Assembly (NCBI GenBank): GCA_004022145.1
Contig: RCNU01000005.1
Origin: Paecilomyces variotii
Taxonomy: Eukaryota
Strand: one strand, 5' to 3'
DNA length: 64,000 bases
Made by a program: the position numbers and the translations under genes. This document shows, piece by piece, positions 13,212 through 26,126 of the stretch. The stretch's first letter is position 1; the number at the start of each line of letters is the position of its first letter. The notes under the pieces are model-generated. The model made no database searches, had not been told where the DNA came from, and worked only from the letters and a program-made list of their open reading frames with translations.

Positions 13212-13796
13212 TACCTCTAGAAGAATCACCCAACGAGAGTATCATGAGCACGTAGATCTTGCGCATTTGAACAAACAAGTTAATATCTGAGAGAGCAAAT
13301 AAATTTTAGAAGAGACAGACTCAGAGGATCACTAAGGGAAAAAATGTAGATATGGAAAGATTAAACATCAATCTTACAGGAAGACTACGTTATTACCAGT
13401 TGCACAAAGTACTCAAAAGCAATGTCTTCACAGACAGTGTCTATCGACGTTTTTGACACTGTAAAATACGTTCAACAGCATCCTCTGGTCCTGTGAGCCT
13501 TGTCCAATGTCTTGTTCAACGATAATGGTGGTGATGTCTGATCATAAAGGGCAGTCCTGATACTTTCATTTCTCGGGATTGATTTAAGATCGTGAACCCT
13601 TGAATATATTTGAGCAGTGGACCATTGAGCGGCGGCATTGCAAGGTCTCATGCACTCGAAGTTGCTTGAACTTCACACCGCACTGAAAAATAAAAATTCG
13701 AAATTGCCAAGCATAACGAGAATGAAAAGACCAACCACAGTCAATAGCACGAAAGGTTTAGAAACCGGAAAAGACCGACCGCTTGTGATGAGGCGT

Positions 13797-14936
13797 TCAA
13801 CAGGGCATTAGTTTTCTCCTCCTTGATTGTCTCCTCCTGTGTTTTTTCTTCCCTTCCCCACCTTTTTCAGCTACCTGATCAATTCCCCTGTTATATTCAG
13901 CACTTTCCAAGTATGTCTTCCCTGCGGTATTTTGAGGGGACATTGGTTTTCTCCTCCTTGATTGTCTCCTCCTGTGTTTTTTCTTCCCTTCCCCACCTTT
14001 TTCAGCTACCTGATCAATTCCCCTGTTATATTCAGCACTTTCCAAGTATGTCTTCCCTGCGGTATCTTGAGGGGGCATTGGTTTTCTCCTCGATTGTCTC
14101 CTCCTGTGTTTTTTCTTCCCTTCCCCACTTTTTTCAGCTACCCAATCAATTCCCCTGTAATATTCAGCACTTTCCAAATACGTCTTCCCTGCGATATCCC
14201 GAAGGGAAGTATTTGCTCCTCTTTGGACGAGGGTTTGGAATGCACCTTTTTGACAACCCCAGATGGCGTGCCATAAAGCTGTATTCCCAAAATTATCGGT
14301 TTTATCAATATTTGCGCCTCTATCAAGGAGGATATTAACGATATTCTCATGGCCATGATAAGCAGCGAACATAAGAGCTGTAGCGGACTCGTGATGGCAA
14401 AGGCTATCAATAGCTGCTCCGCTGTCCAGCAATATGTTAACTGTATGCTGATGACCCCCAATGGCGGCCAACATTAGAGGCGATTTGTCTCCTTTATCCT
14501 CAGAACTTGGATCCGCTCCTGCCTTGACCAACATCTCGACAATATCGTTATGTCCTTTTCCAGCTGCTAGTGACAGCCCACTCATACCTTCGTAATTTTT
14601 ATACGTGGCGAGAACCCCTTGTTCGAGCAGCATCTTGACTAGGTCAATATAGCCCCCGTCACAAGCCAACAAAAATGCTCTTTCGCACAGTTCCCTCTTC
14701 CGGTTGGCATCTGCCTCTTCGAAATTGTACCATCTTAACGCAAACTGGGCGGTCTCCGCTATTCCCTTCTCACCGGCCCACAGAAGTGCTAATTCACCGT
14801 GTTTCTTGTACAAGATAGTGTTGCTGTTGTTGCGAATATATTTCGACACTCTCGTAAAGGAGTCCAGGTCTTCTTTGGAGCCCAAGTATTCGACAATAAG
14901 AAGCAAAATCTTGAGAGGTAGCTGTTCCAAATGCAT
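13797..14936 (-). CDS. F-box-like + ankyrin-repeat protein with a tandemly repeated basic C-terminus
   Basis: MHLEQLPLKILLLIVEYL is F-box-like. About 6 ankyrin repeats follow (GLSLAAGKGHNDIVEMLV, SPLMLAAIGGH, TALMFAAYHGH). The ORF extends upstream to 15206, so the start is uncertain. Confidence 0.85.
   Translation of the reverse strand: MHLEQLPLKILLLIVEYLGSKEDLDSFTRVSKYIRNNSNTILYKKHGELALLWAGEKGIAETAQFALRWYNFEEADANRKRELCERAFLLACDGGYIDLVKMLLEQGVLATYKNYEGMSGLSLAAGKGHNDIVEMLVKAGADPSSEDKGDKSPLMLAAIGGHQHTVNILLDSGAAIDSLCHHESATALMFAAYHGHENIVNILLDRGANIDKTDNFGNTALWHAIWGCQKGAFQTLVQRGANTSLRDIAGKTYLESAEYYRGIDWVAEKSGEGKKKHRRRQSRRKPMPPQDTAGKTYLESAEYNRGIDQVAEKGGEGKKKHRRRQSRRRKPMSPQNTAGKTYLESAEYNRGIDQVAEKGGEGKKKHRRRQSRRRKLMPC
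13800..14197 (-). repeat. In-frame tandem repeat, 3 x 132-135 bp
   Basis: Three near-identical units encoding (D/N)xAGKTYLESAEYxRGIDxVAEKxGEGKKKHRRRQSRRRKxM. Confidence 0.95.
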
Positions 14937-16528
14937 GGTAGGGTATACCGAAACGGGTTCTAACACCGCAGCACGTTGAGTAGAGTCGAGAGACTTGAGA
15001 CGAGGTAAACGAGATTGAATAGTATCTTTCCGCATTAAAGCAAGGAAGAAAGTGCCAAGATGGTTCGCTTGAGGGCCACTAGTAGCAAGTGATTTTTGAT
15101 GGGCCAGATCATCATCTCCGGAGGGCGCGCAAAACCCGCGAAGGTATTTGAATACGGGTAATATATACCAAACTATAATGGTTTTATGTGGTATGGTCTG
15201 TATCAAATTGGTATTTCTGTAATATACAGCATCATAGGTTCTTGGCGGGTTCGTGGGTACCTGAGTGAGTCGTTATCACGTGACTTGGCGACTGTAGCAA
15301 GACTAGAAACATAATGTACAAGAGTACAAGCACGTACCCCAATGGTATGCCTCTTGAATGGGGATACAAGCCTGTGGCTCTTACATGAACCGTAATAATC
15401 ACATATTCGTCCAATGGTAGCCCAAAAGTTCGTGCATGTAGATCTTTCATCCCTGACCATCTGGCCCCACGATACTTTTTTCCGTTCCGTCCCGCCCTTT
15501 CTTTTTTATACCAGAGTCTTCTGATCATCAGCTGGGGGCGTAGCACAGTACCAGAATAAGTTCTACGAGCTACTAGAGATATCAGATTGGCCATTGATAT
15601 CTTTCTTATCCTTTAATTCCGTGTCAGCATATCGAAGTGGGACACATCGAACAAGCCAGCATTGGTAACATATCGAGTAGCCTTCTTTCCAAACTTAGGT
15701 TAGACTGGCCAATAAGCACAAAATTAAGACGCCTCTCCCCGCACCTGTGTTGTGGCGCTTTATAGCGGCCTTTACTGTTGATATCCATAAGCTAATCAAA
15801 CTATCGCAAGAGAATATCGCATTGCCTACGCAAGAGGAGTCGCTACCCAAGAAAAATGTAGAACGAGACTACACCAATCAAGCGATTGCTGCCTGCAGTA
15901 GACAAGGCTGATACGACTAGCGGCTGAACCTGTACAACTCTGTGGATAAAGTGGCGGGGCCCGCCTTTCGTACAGTAGTCTCCTATCTTTCCCTGACTCG
16001 AAGATAATACGTTAATCCCATCTGTTTTGGCCGATCCCTGTTCAGCTGCAGCCAAAGAAAATACCTATACATTACTTTGTGGTGACTGCAAGAAAACTTT
16101 TAGCTTACTTTACTACTTATCGTACCAAATGACCCGGGCAGCTGGACATGGACTTCCAGCCATTATCGCAGAGCCTTACGGAGCGGGTCCTTAGTAGGGA
16201 AGGTACAGCAGCCTGTATCAGGACTTCTGCATCAACAAAAAGACAACTGAAGACCCAATCAAGTTTTTTAGGCAACAGCTCGAAAAGCCATGGACGCGTC
16301 AAAGAGCTCTACGAGGGTTAAAGTCCATTTAACGACAATACAGTAAACTTACGTCAAAGTCGCACTCAGGAGACTATACACACATATTCTGAATTGATCT
16401 TCTACCTGAACCTTCCAAGATACGAAGTGCTGTGTATCCACCACATCGGCTTTTTCAAGATGAAAACTATTTGCTGATTCTCCTCTTTTATCTTTATCAT
16501 TGACACAAAATGATTGACGGTTTTCTCG

Positions 16529-16942
16529 TCATTTCGTACTATCGTCGTGTGCCAAACAAGCTGGGGTATTCGTAAAAGGAAGATCCGGAGGGCTCTGAAG
16601 ACATAGCGAAAGGTCATTTTTTGAGTCATAGTCCGCTGACGTCTTGTGGACAACTGGAACTTTCTGTGCTCGCTATTCCAAGATCAGTGACTTCATAAGA
16701 GTTTACCTACATGTGGAACTCACAACTTCATCCTCACTTGGAATAGGTACATCAGGGTCCGTCGCAAATATATATATTCTACCACTTGGCATACGCATTG
16801 TAAGCCATATTTCTATCTCATATCTGTCATTAAATTCTTTAAGTCGTCTGAATAGATTATGTCGACGCTTGCGTATCTGTTCTTGTTGGGTACGGTCTCC
16901 CTTAGCAGGATAACTCTTCTGAACTTTCGAGGATACGTCCAT
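16529..16942 (-). CDS. Small SRF/MADS-box-like protein (intron 16723-16673)
   Basis: EQIRKRRHNLFRRLKEFNDRYEIEIWLTMRMPSGRIYIF resembles the MADS core (KRRxGLFKKAxEL...VALIV...GxxYxF). There is a clean GTGAGT...CTGAT...TAG intron. Confidence 0.65.
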
Positions 16943-17264
16943 TCTCTGTCCCACTACTCTTGAGGGATTGATGATTCACTTGGCTCTAAGAAGTTAGCGC
17001 ACTAGGTACATAAATAGTATTTGTTCTGCATGAGGACTATCTCATTAAGAAATTCTAGAAGGGTACAATTTGTACTCAGATACGCCCTCATCTCTATACA
17101 TCAGTATCATCATTCTAGTGAATAGCTATAGAAAGTGCAACAATTGCTGCCATAAACGACGGGCCATTGATGCTAGCACTGTTTGACCAACAACTGTTCA
17201 ACTGCGAGAAATGGATCACCACACAGCAGCTGTTAACTAAGTATCTCTGGAACAGTAAACAACA

Positions 17265-17828
17265 TCAGATCCACGTCGTGCGCGCCCCAGGGCTATCATG
17301 AATATTCCAATACCTCATCCACTCGGCCTCAGCCCTTGACTCGCTCTCCTGTGACTTTCTGAGGGCCCGGTTCAACATCCAAATTGAATCAAGTAAGAAA
17401 GATTCGGGTACAATGTTATACTGTAGGAGCTCTCTCGATATAGTTGTTACTTCCTCGTGCAATGCACGGTAGATATCATAGCATATGCCGTAAAAATTAT
17501 TCTCTTCTTGATGCCTCTGAAGCTCTTGCTCCAATTCTACCTTTCGCTCGTTCTGTGACTGCACCTTGTGTAACTTGGCTGCCTTAAGCCATGATGGCAT
17601 AGTTTCCAATGCTATCGTGGCTCCTTGAGCCATTTGAATCGCGTGATCTACGCGGTTAATTTCCGGAGATTCCCAAGGCGTATTGTTATTGGTAGTTTGG
17701 TTGTGATTTAAAGTGTTCTGTTGTCGTTCACTTTCGACTAGAGACTCCAAGTCTGTTGTTCGGCTGTATATGCTTGATACGGTTCCCAAGACTGAATGTG
17801 TTGAGCAATTGAAAGGATGTTCGTTCAT
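17265..17828 (-). CDS. Coiled-coil hypothetical protein
   Basis: 187-aa ATG-initiated ORF containing ERKVELEQELQRHQEEN. Confidence 0.6.
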   Translation of the reverse strand: MNEHPFNCSTHSVLGTVSSIYSRTTDLESLVESERQQNTLNHNQTTNNNTPWESPEINRVDHAIQMAQGATIALETMPSWLKAAKLHKVQSQNERKVELEQELQRHQEENNFYGICYDIYRALHEEVTTISRELLQYNIVPESFLLDSIWMLNRALRKSQESESRAEAEWMRYWNIHDSPGARTTWI

Positions 17829-18337
17829 CGTAGCTTCTGGCCCTCAGATAACTGATGTATCCTTCCGTATATACAGTATTTAGCTGTACAGTACAGGCTG
17901 ATTATTGAGCAAGAGTGCTGTTGCTTGATGACTCTATATTTTAATATCGAGAAAGTGCTGTCCTGAAGGGTATATTCCTCAGATACACTTTGATTTCTCT
18001 GTCAACGGCTATCCAGAATCTCAAAATCGCCCCTATAGCTTTATACGCATCGAAGCCCGGTTCAGCAAATCTGCCATAATCCAGTGAGCTATTGGTATAT
18101 ATATAACAGGCTTCGTGTCCGGCAAAATCCTACTCCATTCTTCAAAGCTTTTAGAAGCAGATTAGGCCGACATAATTTATTGGCCGCGCGACATTGATTC
18201 TTGATTACTTGAGCACGTAAAGATACAAAAGAAGTTGCACCAAGTAGTGATGTCGACCCTCCACGAAAGCACAGCCCAGGTATTTGCTGTGCCCTTAACT
18301 CTTTTGATCTGATATCCATTTTTCCCCGAAGCCCCCG

Positions 18338-18942
18338 CATGCTCCTCCTCACCCTTACCCCTCCCTCACCTTATCGGCATTCTCTCCCTTTGTGGTCGTC
18401 CCAACACGCAAACCTTTAAATCAGATAGTGTTGTGTTTGTGTTCTGTATAAGATCACACTAATAGAAGCAGGGTCACCCTGTATATGAGTCCCTTCCAGG
18501 CGGGGAGACTACCCACAACTGGTCGCCTCACATCGCCAGCTTCTCTAGCTTGGAGAGAGTGAATGCAGACTTGCAAAGTGCCAATGCAAATTTGCTCAAA
18601 GAGAACGCGGATTTGCGCAGAAGACTAGCGATTTCGACCAACTTCAGCCGAGATCAAAGTGGCCTGATCACGAAGTTGGCGATGGCTTTCGACCAACTGA
18701 TGAGCAGTCCATCAACAACGCAGGGGTCCGATTTTGCCATGTCTGCCTTGATGGACGATCTGCGGACAAGCAAGCAAAATTTGATGAATTTGTCCGAGAC
18801 AGTCATCGATCAGCGGCAGTTCATGGAAACTCAGGCATATAGCATCTCGCACCTCCTACGACTTAACGCGGAACTAGAGCGGCAAGTTAGTCATTCCGGC
18901 CAACAAAATGGGTCAGGCGAAGGCAGAGTTGGCGGTTGGTGA
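18338..18942 (+). CDS. Coiled-coil hypothetical protein (5' exon structure uncertain)
   Basis: The ORF at 18550-18942 is heptad-rich (LERVNADLQSANANLLKENADLRRRL). An upstream intron acceptor (CTAAT...AG) lies near 18460-18471. Confidence 0.5.
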
Positions 18943-21379
18943 TATACAAGCTGTTTGCTCCGCCGCTAAACTTACACGTGCAAAGGCCTCCATGGAGGTT
19001 ATTACTTCTAACAAAGATGGTGTAATTGACATTGCGAATGAATTTGGAGTGGAAATATATAGTGGACTATGGGATTGAGTTTACTACAAACGCCTTTGAA
19101 ATTGTTTAGCACCTCGGTCACGGAACAAGTATAGCATTTTACTTTTTACAGCAACACTTTTGCCACACGTTTCGTAATCACATACTAAAGTATCTTACAT
19201 GTAGCTCATGTAATAAAAAAAAGAAGGACAGAATAAGGTGGGGGAAAGAGAGAGAGAGAGAGATGCAGAGCAAAATAAGTAAACATGGCTTTACTGTTCA
19301 ACGTGAAGTATAGACAACTACAACATATCCAGGATTACTAAAGGGGGATATTATCAGTTCCTCACCTTCGTCAGCAAGAGTGTAAGATATGAGGGACTAT
19401 GCACAAGAGCAAAAACAAGATAATATGCAAAAATATAGAAGATTATCTTTTCTGTTAGATTTATTACCAATGGTTTAGCTAGAAATCCAATAGATTATAT
19501 ACATAGAATATCAGTACAGTAGCGTAACAGAGAAGCACAGCTGAATCATTTTATGGCCTTCTGCCTGCCAATCATGAAAGAGGCTTCGTAGGCAGGCTCG
19601 TCTCGCGGGTCACTGGAAAGGTAGTTTGAGCATGCTGGAACCGTCACATGTAAGAATCATGTCAAGGCACTAATTGGGGATCATCTTCAGGCCTTCATTG
19701 ATTGCTTGCCTCTAGCTATCTAAAACTATCTAAGCCTAGAAAGCCATCCTTTGTGGGACCGCTTAGCGGCCGGAAGAACCCACTTTCCGGGCCAATCGGC
19801 TACCAGGCGGAATCCCCTAGCCAACAAATCATATAGCCATTCAACGCGACGCAAAAAAAAGAAAACAGAAAAAAGAAAAAAGAAAATAATATCAGAGAGC
19901 ATCTCACAGAGGAAAAGCGAGGGAGGCAAACAGCACCCGGGTTGGTCGGATACGCCGATCGCAGGAGACCTGGTAGGGGACACATAGTTCGGCGAAGGCA
20001 CTTGGGGAGATAGTATGGATCCGAGTCATCCGACCGGTTTTTCATTGGAGGTCGGCAGCCCCCCTTTCTTTCTCCAACACTCTTCTTCGACCTGGTGCTT
20101 TTGGAAAGCAAGAGAGGTGGGGGTCGTGTGGGGCGCTAGTATTCCCACAGTGGCTGGCAATGGTGGACCAGCATCAGTAAGTAGTCCAACACGCCCTTGA
20201 GCAGGAGGTCGAACATAAGGACCCTCACATACTAACTGGGATGGCGGCCCACCTGAACTCAAGTGGATGCGGACCTTTCTGTATGGCGGCCTATTGCGAC
20301 CAGGTATTAGTCTCCCCTTGCTAGTGGCACATGAATCCTGAATGGCTTATACACATAGTAACACTTGGTCACCAATAGCTGCCTGAACAGCATGCTGGCA
20401 GATTTGCAAATTGAAATATACCAACCTTGGATAAAAACCTTGAATGAGGCCAGTACTAGTGCAAATGCATGTCATGAATAGTTGCCTGGTTATCAACCCA
20501 CGTTCGGTCCATACGATCCCACTTCTCTGAATCGATGTTAACCTTTGTCCGATATTGTCTGGGCAGGGCAGTACCCCTCCAAAATCCAATTAATGTGGAT
20601 GTTTGCTTGTCTCTTGCAACCAATCGCAGGAGCCATACTGTGTTGTTGTATTTGTTTATACCTTGATTCTTTCTCAGTTCTCAGACTACTGCCTCTCTGC
20701 ACAAATGATTATTGTAAAACAGGTGTCGATAAATTCTGACACGAAGATTGAAAGCCATAAATTCTAATATTACAATTCTTCTAGAAGTGAGGGTGGAGTA
20801 TCTTGGTATGTAGCACCTCAATCTTCCTTTGATGAAGTTGTCATAAACCCTGAAATCATTATGTTTTATATTATTTACAAGCTTGCGAAGCCTGAAGCAT
20901 TAAGATCGACAGCAAGAGCGTGTCAAGCTGCAAAATCTAGTGATGCATGAATCTATATGTGTAATAGTAGAGTGAGATCAATATTCAACGGTAGCTCAAC
21001 GCCGGCTGTTGGTACCAGTTGAAGTGTCTCCACCTGTCATAGCACAACCACATGTTCGCGTTTCTAGTTTGAAGATCCAGACAGGACGTAGAGCTCCCGA
21101 TCAGATCTGAATACTACCATGTAAAACTAAAATTAAGTACAAGCCAAAGAAGCCAGGTGAAGGTGTGAAAATGGAACTCGAAAAGATATACTTCTTTTGT
21201 AAATCCAACTTATGCAATAGGATAGGTTCATTGTTCCACCTACACTCGACAATCTACGAACCTTAGTTTAATGTCTGCCTTTAAAAGGGAGAAACGCTAA
21301 CGGATGAATAAATTGTCCGGGCTACCTCTGATATTGTCAATTTTGTGCGAAGCACTACTTATATATACTACAGCTGAGC

Positions 21380-21571
21380 ATGACAGATCCTGTCAGGAGC
21401 AACCTTGCCCTGTTTGTAATAGGCACAGGGCCAACGAGCGATACCAGACAACAATCATCATCTGGTATTCACTATACAGTCATCACTGGATTGGTTTTAA
21501 GTACAACTTGCCTAGCCATAAGGTTATTGACTAGGCACCAGATTCTCCGGAAGATCACCGCTGAAGATTGT

Positions 21572-21603
<32 letters not shown>

Positions 21604-22919
21604 GGCATTCTTAAACCCACAGTCGCACACATCCTCTTTGTTTTGTTCATATTGATATAGTTGTTCCTCTATAATCTAGCACCACAAAATATCATTTTTC
21701 CAGCCCTACAAGGCGTGCAAGGGAGGGTGGTTAGCCTATTATTACTAATCTTGCTATTGATATAATAGTGTGCCTTACTATTGCTTGGGTGAGTAGACTC
21801 GAAAGGCTTTGACCAAATTGGATGTATTAACAAAGCACGAGGGATTTTGCGTTGGTACACAAATTGTGATTCTTTGTACGCGGACGCTTCTACATGGTGA
21901 GTGAATTCTTGCTAACACAAGGTTCACATATTAGATGCTCTAGACCACGCAGGTTTAGGGCATCATATTGAATACCTCTCTGTACAAACGATCAGCACTT
22001 ATGAAAAGGTAATCTTCTTGTATCATAATAATTTTGCTTTGCATGAGCTAGCTAATATAATCGAATAGCTCTTTCTTACAGCAGCGTGTCTTTTCATTAC
22101 TGGAATATGTCTTGCGAGACTCGCACATCTAGTATTGTTTCACCGTTTAATGATTGCAAAAAGCTGGTTGCGCCACGCATTATACGGAGTTACTGCCTTC
22201 GTAATCATTGGATCGATAACTCTGGTTTTTTGTTTTATATTTGCCTGCCGCCCGATCTCGAAGGCCTGGGATGTTACATTGCAAGGTCAATGTATCAATC
22301 GACCTGCTATCCTAGTAGCTGTTGCTGTGCTGAACATTATCTCCGACTTCCTTCTAATCTTGTTACCTATCCCGGTCATCTCTGATCTACAGGTCCCAAG
22401 GTCCCAAAAGATTAAGACTTTTATCATACTGGTAATGGTATGCATGTGAGTGATATGAAAGAAATCCACACCTCTCCTGTTAGTTATAAATATATTATTG
22501 CTCACAGCCAGCTAGCACGTTTGTTGCAAGCGCTATCAGGCTTAGGTTTACAGTCCCTCTTCTGAGTTCTTCTGACCTAACGTACAAGATTGCACCTGTT
22601 GCTTTATTAGTGTACGTACCCGGCGTCCATTCATTCCTCATAGAAATTTTCTGACAATTACGAGAGTAGTGGTGTTGAGTCCAACTTGATTATAATCACA
22701 GCTACCTTACCCGCGCTCAAGCAATTTCTGTTTATCCTTGTATCTAAACTGGGTCTGGTTTCGGTAGGGTCGGATCTCTTGAAGGCTTGTAAGAGGGTGC
22801 CTCCAAGTGCAGAGAGAAGCTCATGGCAAGCTCCGAATATGATGATCGGCATAACTCAACCATTTCCAGGTTCAAGGACGCAGGAAGACACGAATTCTCA
22901 TGACTTTGGGGCGCCTTAG
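21380..22919 (+). CDS. PTH11-like / fungal rhodopsin-domain integral membrane protein (multi-exon)
   Basis: LAIRLLTRHQILRKITAED, HAGLGHH, FIFACRPISKAWD...C, NIISDFLLILLPIPVISDLQVPRSQKIK, and ESNLIIITATLPALKQF. Several GT-AG introns. Confidence 0.85.
21575..21603 (+). repeat. Poly-T tract (~29 nt) in the first intron
   Basis: Directly follows the GTGAG donor. Confidence 0.85.
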
Positions 22920-23380
22920 CTTTCTCGTTTCTCTTGTTCTCTCTTTTCCTCCTTCTCCTTCCCCTCCCCGCTCTCTTGCTGATTTACTTTTTCCCATTGA
23001 CGTGTGTGCTCATTATAAAGAGTACTTTAATTATTATAATGAATAATAGAGAGGGACACAATAATATATCAACCATCAGGATGTATCCAAACTTCGCTTG
23101 TTTTCTCTAAGTTAAGTTCGCCAGGAAATTGGCCTACTGGCTCCCAAACATAATCTTTAGGCGGCTGTGTAAGGCCATGGCTTAATATGTTTCCCGCGAC
23201 TGCTTTATATACATACCAGGCTAGCGACAAGTGAATGTAGGGGAAGTGTATGCAAGGCAATGTAATGCAGACGCTCTTGACAATTGAAGAATAGCGCCGG
23301 TAGCTGACTATTTTAACTTGGGTTGGTTCATTATACATCCATTGAGTGTGATCATTAGGCTATGGAATAATCCAAGTTAG

Positions 23381-24406
23381 TCAATCTATGGAGAAATATG
23401 ATTTGCTTGGGTCCTGCGCATCGCAGTTTGGTTCCGGTGAAAATCCAATCCAGATGACACCTCTGCGTTTGTTCCTACGCCGACTCCATTCAAATATAAG
23501 GACAAACAAACAAACAGCTACTGATACAACGCCAACAGAAATTAGGATGCTCCTTTTCTTTACGCCATGGGAGGTAGTTGTATTGGACAAGGAGTCTGAT
23601 ATAGCAGACGACGGTCCCACGATAGAGTTACCTGTGGTGGCGGTGGTATCTTGAAAGTTCTCGCTGGGTCTAATCGATGCTGAAGGCATAAACGGCCTAT
23701 TATCATCAGGATGAGATAATTCATCCGTAGATGCTAAGTCAGAAACACATCCGTGCTGAGTTGAATGTGCGTAAACTGGATTCGTCAAGATCGAATCGGA
23801 CATAACTGAGTGAGTCGATTCAGTGTCAGGAGAGACTTCGAGTAAGAAATCATTATCATGGTTGATTTCTGTTTCTTGATGCTGAACGGAACAATGGTTG
23901 ATATTCTCGGGGCGTGAAGCCGAGCTCATCCCAGTGAATGTAATGATCTCGAAGTGCGTATCTCCTGCGATAGTAATTTGTTCACCAGAGCCTGAGTCTA
24001 TTGTCTGAGAATTTCGTAATTCCTCTTCTATCCAAGAAGAATATCTGTTTTGAGTACCGACAGAAGTAGACAGTTGGCTACCTGAAGCATCACGTGAAGG
24101 AAGCAGCCTTGTGTATGTTTTCCAGGAATTTTCGATATCTGGGATAAAGGTCACATCTGGAAATGAAGTACTCCGTACTCGCTGACTAGATAGAAATGGG
24201 GTTGGCCCAGCAGTAGTACTTAAATGGAAGTTCCCTTTCAATGTAGTTGAATTAATTGGAATGACCGGGGTCGTGCCTTGAGAGCTGGCAGTTTTGATTG
24301 GGGTACGGGCGAATGCCAACAGGGCCATAATTTCTCCAGAAGTTGGAAAAACACTGATTGGTTCTCTTGTAGTGCTGAAGATGTTTTCAAGAGTTTCTGT
24401 AGTCAA
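23381..24406 (-). CDS. Ser/Thr-rich single-pass membrane (mucin/sensor-like) protein; 5' end frameshifted or uncertain
   Basis: S/T-rich ectodomain, then a TM helix ILISVGVVSVAVCLFVLIFEW followed by SRRRNKRR. The upstream ~24410-24560 region is open in a different frame. Confidence 0.6.
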   Translation of the reverse strand: MTTETLENIFSTTREPISVFPTSGEIMALLAFARTPIKTASSQGTTPVIPINSTTLKGNFHLSTTAGPTPFLSSQRVRSTSFPDVTFIPDIENSWKTYTRLLPSRDASGSQLSTSVGTQNRYSSWIEEELRNSQTIDSGSGEQITIAGDTHFEIITFTGMSSASRPENINHCSVQHQETEINHDNDFLLEVSPDTESTHSVMSDSILTNPVYAHSTQHGCVSDLASTDELSHPDDNRPFMPSASIRPSENFQDTTATTGNSIVGPSSAISDSLSNTTTSHGVKKRSILISVGVVSVAVCLFVLIFEWSRRRNKRRGVIWIGFSPEPNCDAQDPSKSYFSID

Positions 24407-25678
24407 ATTCCATGAAATATCGCACTAATAGCAGTTGCCAGGTCGCCGTCAGCCTTCTCTCGGCCAATGGTGTTTGATGATCCTGTGCCGCTTGAAGTTG
24501 TATTAAAACCGCCAATTGCATCAATATCAACTGTGGTTGGTGGTACTTTTAAGATGCTCCACTGGTGGTAATTCTAGCTGCTTGGGAGGTTCTCCGAACG
24601 AGCAATCTGGGTGAGAAGCTTGAAGCTTTACTCAGGAGCTTTCTGTAGGTAGTGTGGCATTTGACAACGGACGTACAGATTTCCCTGCTAAGAGAGGCCC
24701 TCATATCAGTTTGAAGGTACAGCAACCTTTGGCATGGATGGATAGTGATGTATATGATTAGTCTTTATATCTTACTAAACAGGGAGAGACAGCCCCAATT
24801 TTCCCGTTTCTGGCTCAATAATACAACTGCCACTTACATGTATCTATTAGAGACATTTATTTTATTAGTTGGGGTAGCCCCAGCATCGGTTTCTCTAGCT
24901 ACTGCGTCCATTATTGCTAATTTTTAGCAAGACGGAAACTGAAGATCTTTACTTTCTGGATGGGGTGACAGATAGGAAAGTAAAAGTGAAATTTGTATAT
25001 CATACACCTGTTGACCAAACACACAAGACTAGATGATCCTAGTATTTGAGTTTACATAATGATTAGCGTTCTTGTGTCTCATCAGCTTCCTTTTCATGTT
25101 TTATAAAATATAGAGAGGGTTTAAACTATAGTTGGCATTAATGGAAGATGCACTATAATAGCACACCACCAAGAAGACAAGGACATTCTCATTTAGAGCA
25201 GCATATATTTTAGATAGATATTTTAGCAGTAATGTATCTTCCCAGCAGATGCCTGATACAAAATAAGAGTAGCAGTTTTGAAAAGGGCCCAACTCTTGCT
25301 GAACTCCACACCCCTCACCTTGCCCTAACATATAGTGTTTCCGTTGGTAGAGTGTTTAATAGTGAGTTAAACCTTGTTAACCCATCTGGCTTTACTCTAT
25401 ACCCGTCATATAAGATCACTTTAATAAATGCCGAAGACGGTTGATGACCTCAAGATTTGCTGGAGGAAGCCAAACTGGGATGTTTCCAGGCCCTAACCCC
25501 TCCAAATATGATAGGTTCTTGAAATTGAGGAGAAAGGTATAGAAAAACTCAGGATGAATGGAAAATATCACGGCTAGTATGACTTGGTGCGTAATTATAT
25601 AAAGATATTAATCCACTGCCCCCGATGTCATGTCCTATCCTATTATCGCCAGCACTGCTCAAACCAGTTAAACTCGAT

Positions 25679-26126
25679 ATGGCACAAAGTTTTATATGGG
25701 ACCCGAACACACCTTTGAAAAGCATTGAGGATGATATGGAGGATAGTTTAGATATCCAGTTCACGGACACAGAGTCTGAGTCAGAGCACACCGAAACAAA
25801 TTCAGATAGGCTCTTTATAGATACGGAAGACGATTTCCCTACTGAGCATTTTGAAAAGAGCTATTCTCCTAGCGATACTATGGAAACATCGTCTGATGAC
25901 AGCACAAGTAGCCAAGTGGTACGAATGCGCCTCCATACTGTATCTGGTCAACTTCTGCTCAATGCTCACTTATCCCAAGGATGGAGTAGGTATTTATGGA
26001 GACATATCGGTACTTGATGAGAGAGAAATAAGTGGTAAAGATGGCCCAGTGACGCAAATTTGGATCAATGGTTGGGTAGATGAGAGCATCTTCCGCCGAG
26101 TAATGGATATTATAAGAGGCGGATAA
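25679..26126 (+). CDS. Small acidic hypothetical protein (intron ~25919-25979)
   Basis: D/E/S-rich exon 1. A GTACGA...CAAG intron joins it in frame to DGVGIYGDISVLDE...WINGWVDES. Confidence 0.5.

Noticed and set aside
13823-14338. Plus-strand repetitive ORFs, or a CRISPR-like array
   Set aside because: They are antisense to the ankyrin tail repeat. The units are contiguous with no unique spacers, and the DNA is eukaryotic.
19726-20600. GC-rich patch and ORFs, a possible TE or gene remnant with faint similarity to 28100-28150
   Set aside because: No coherent frame, domain or terminal repeats could be established by eye.
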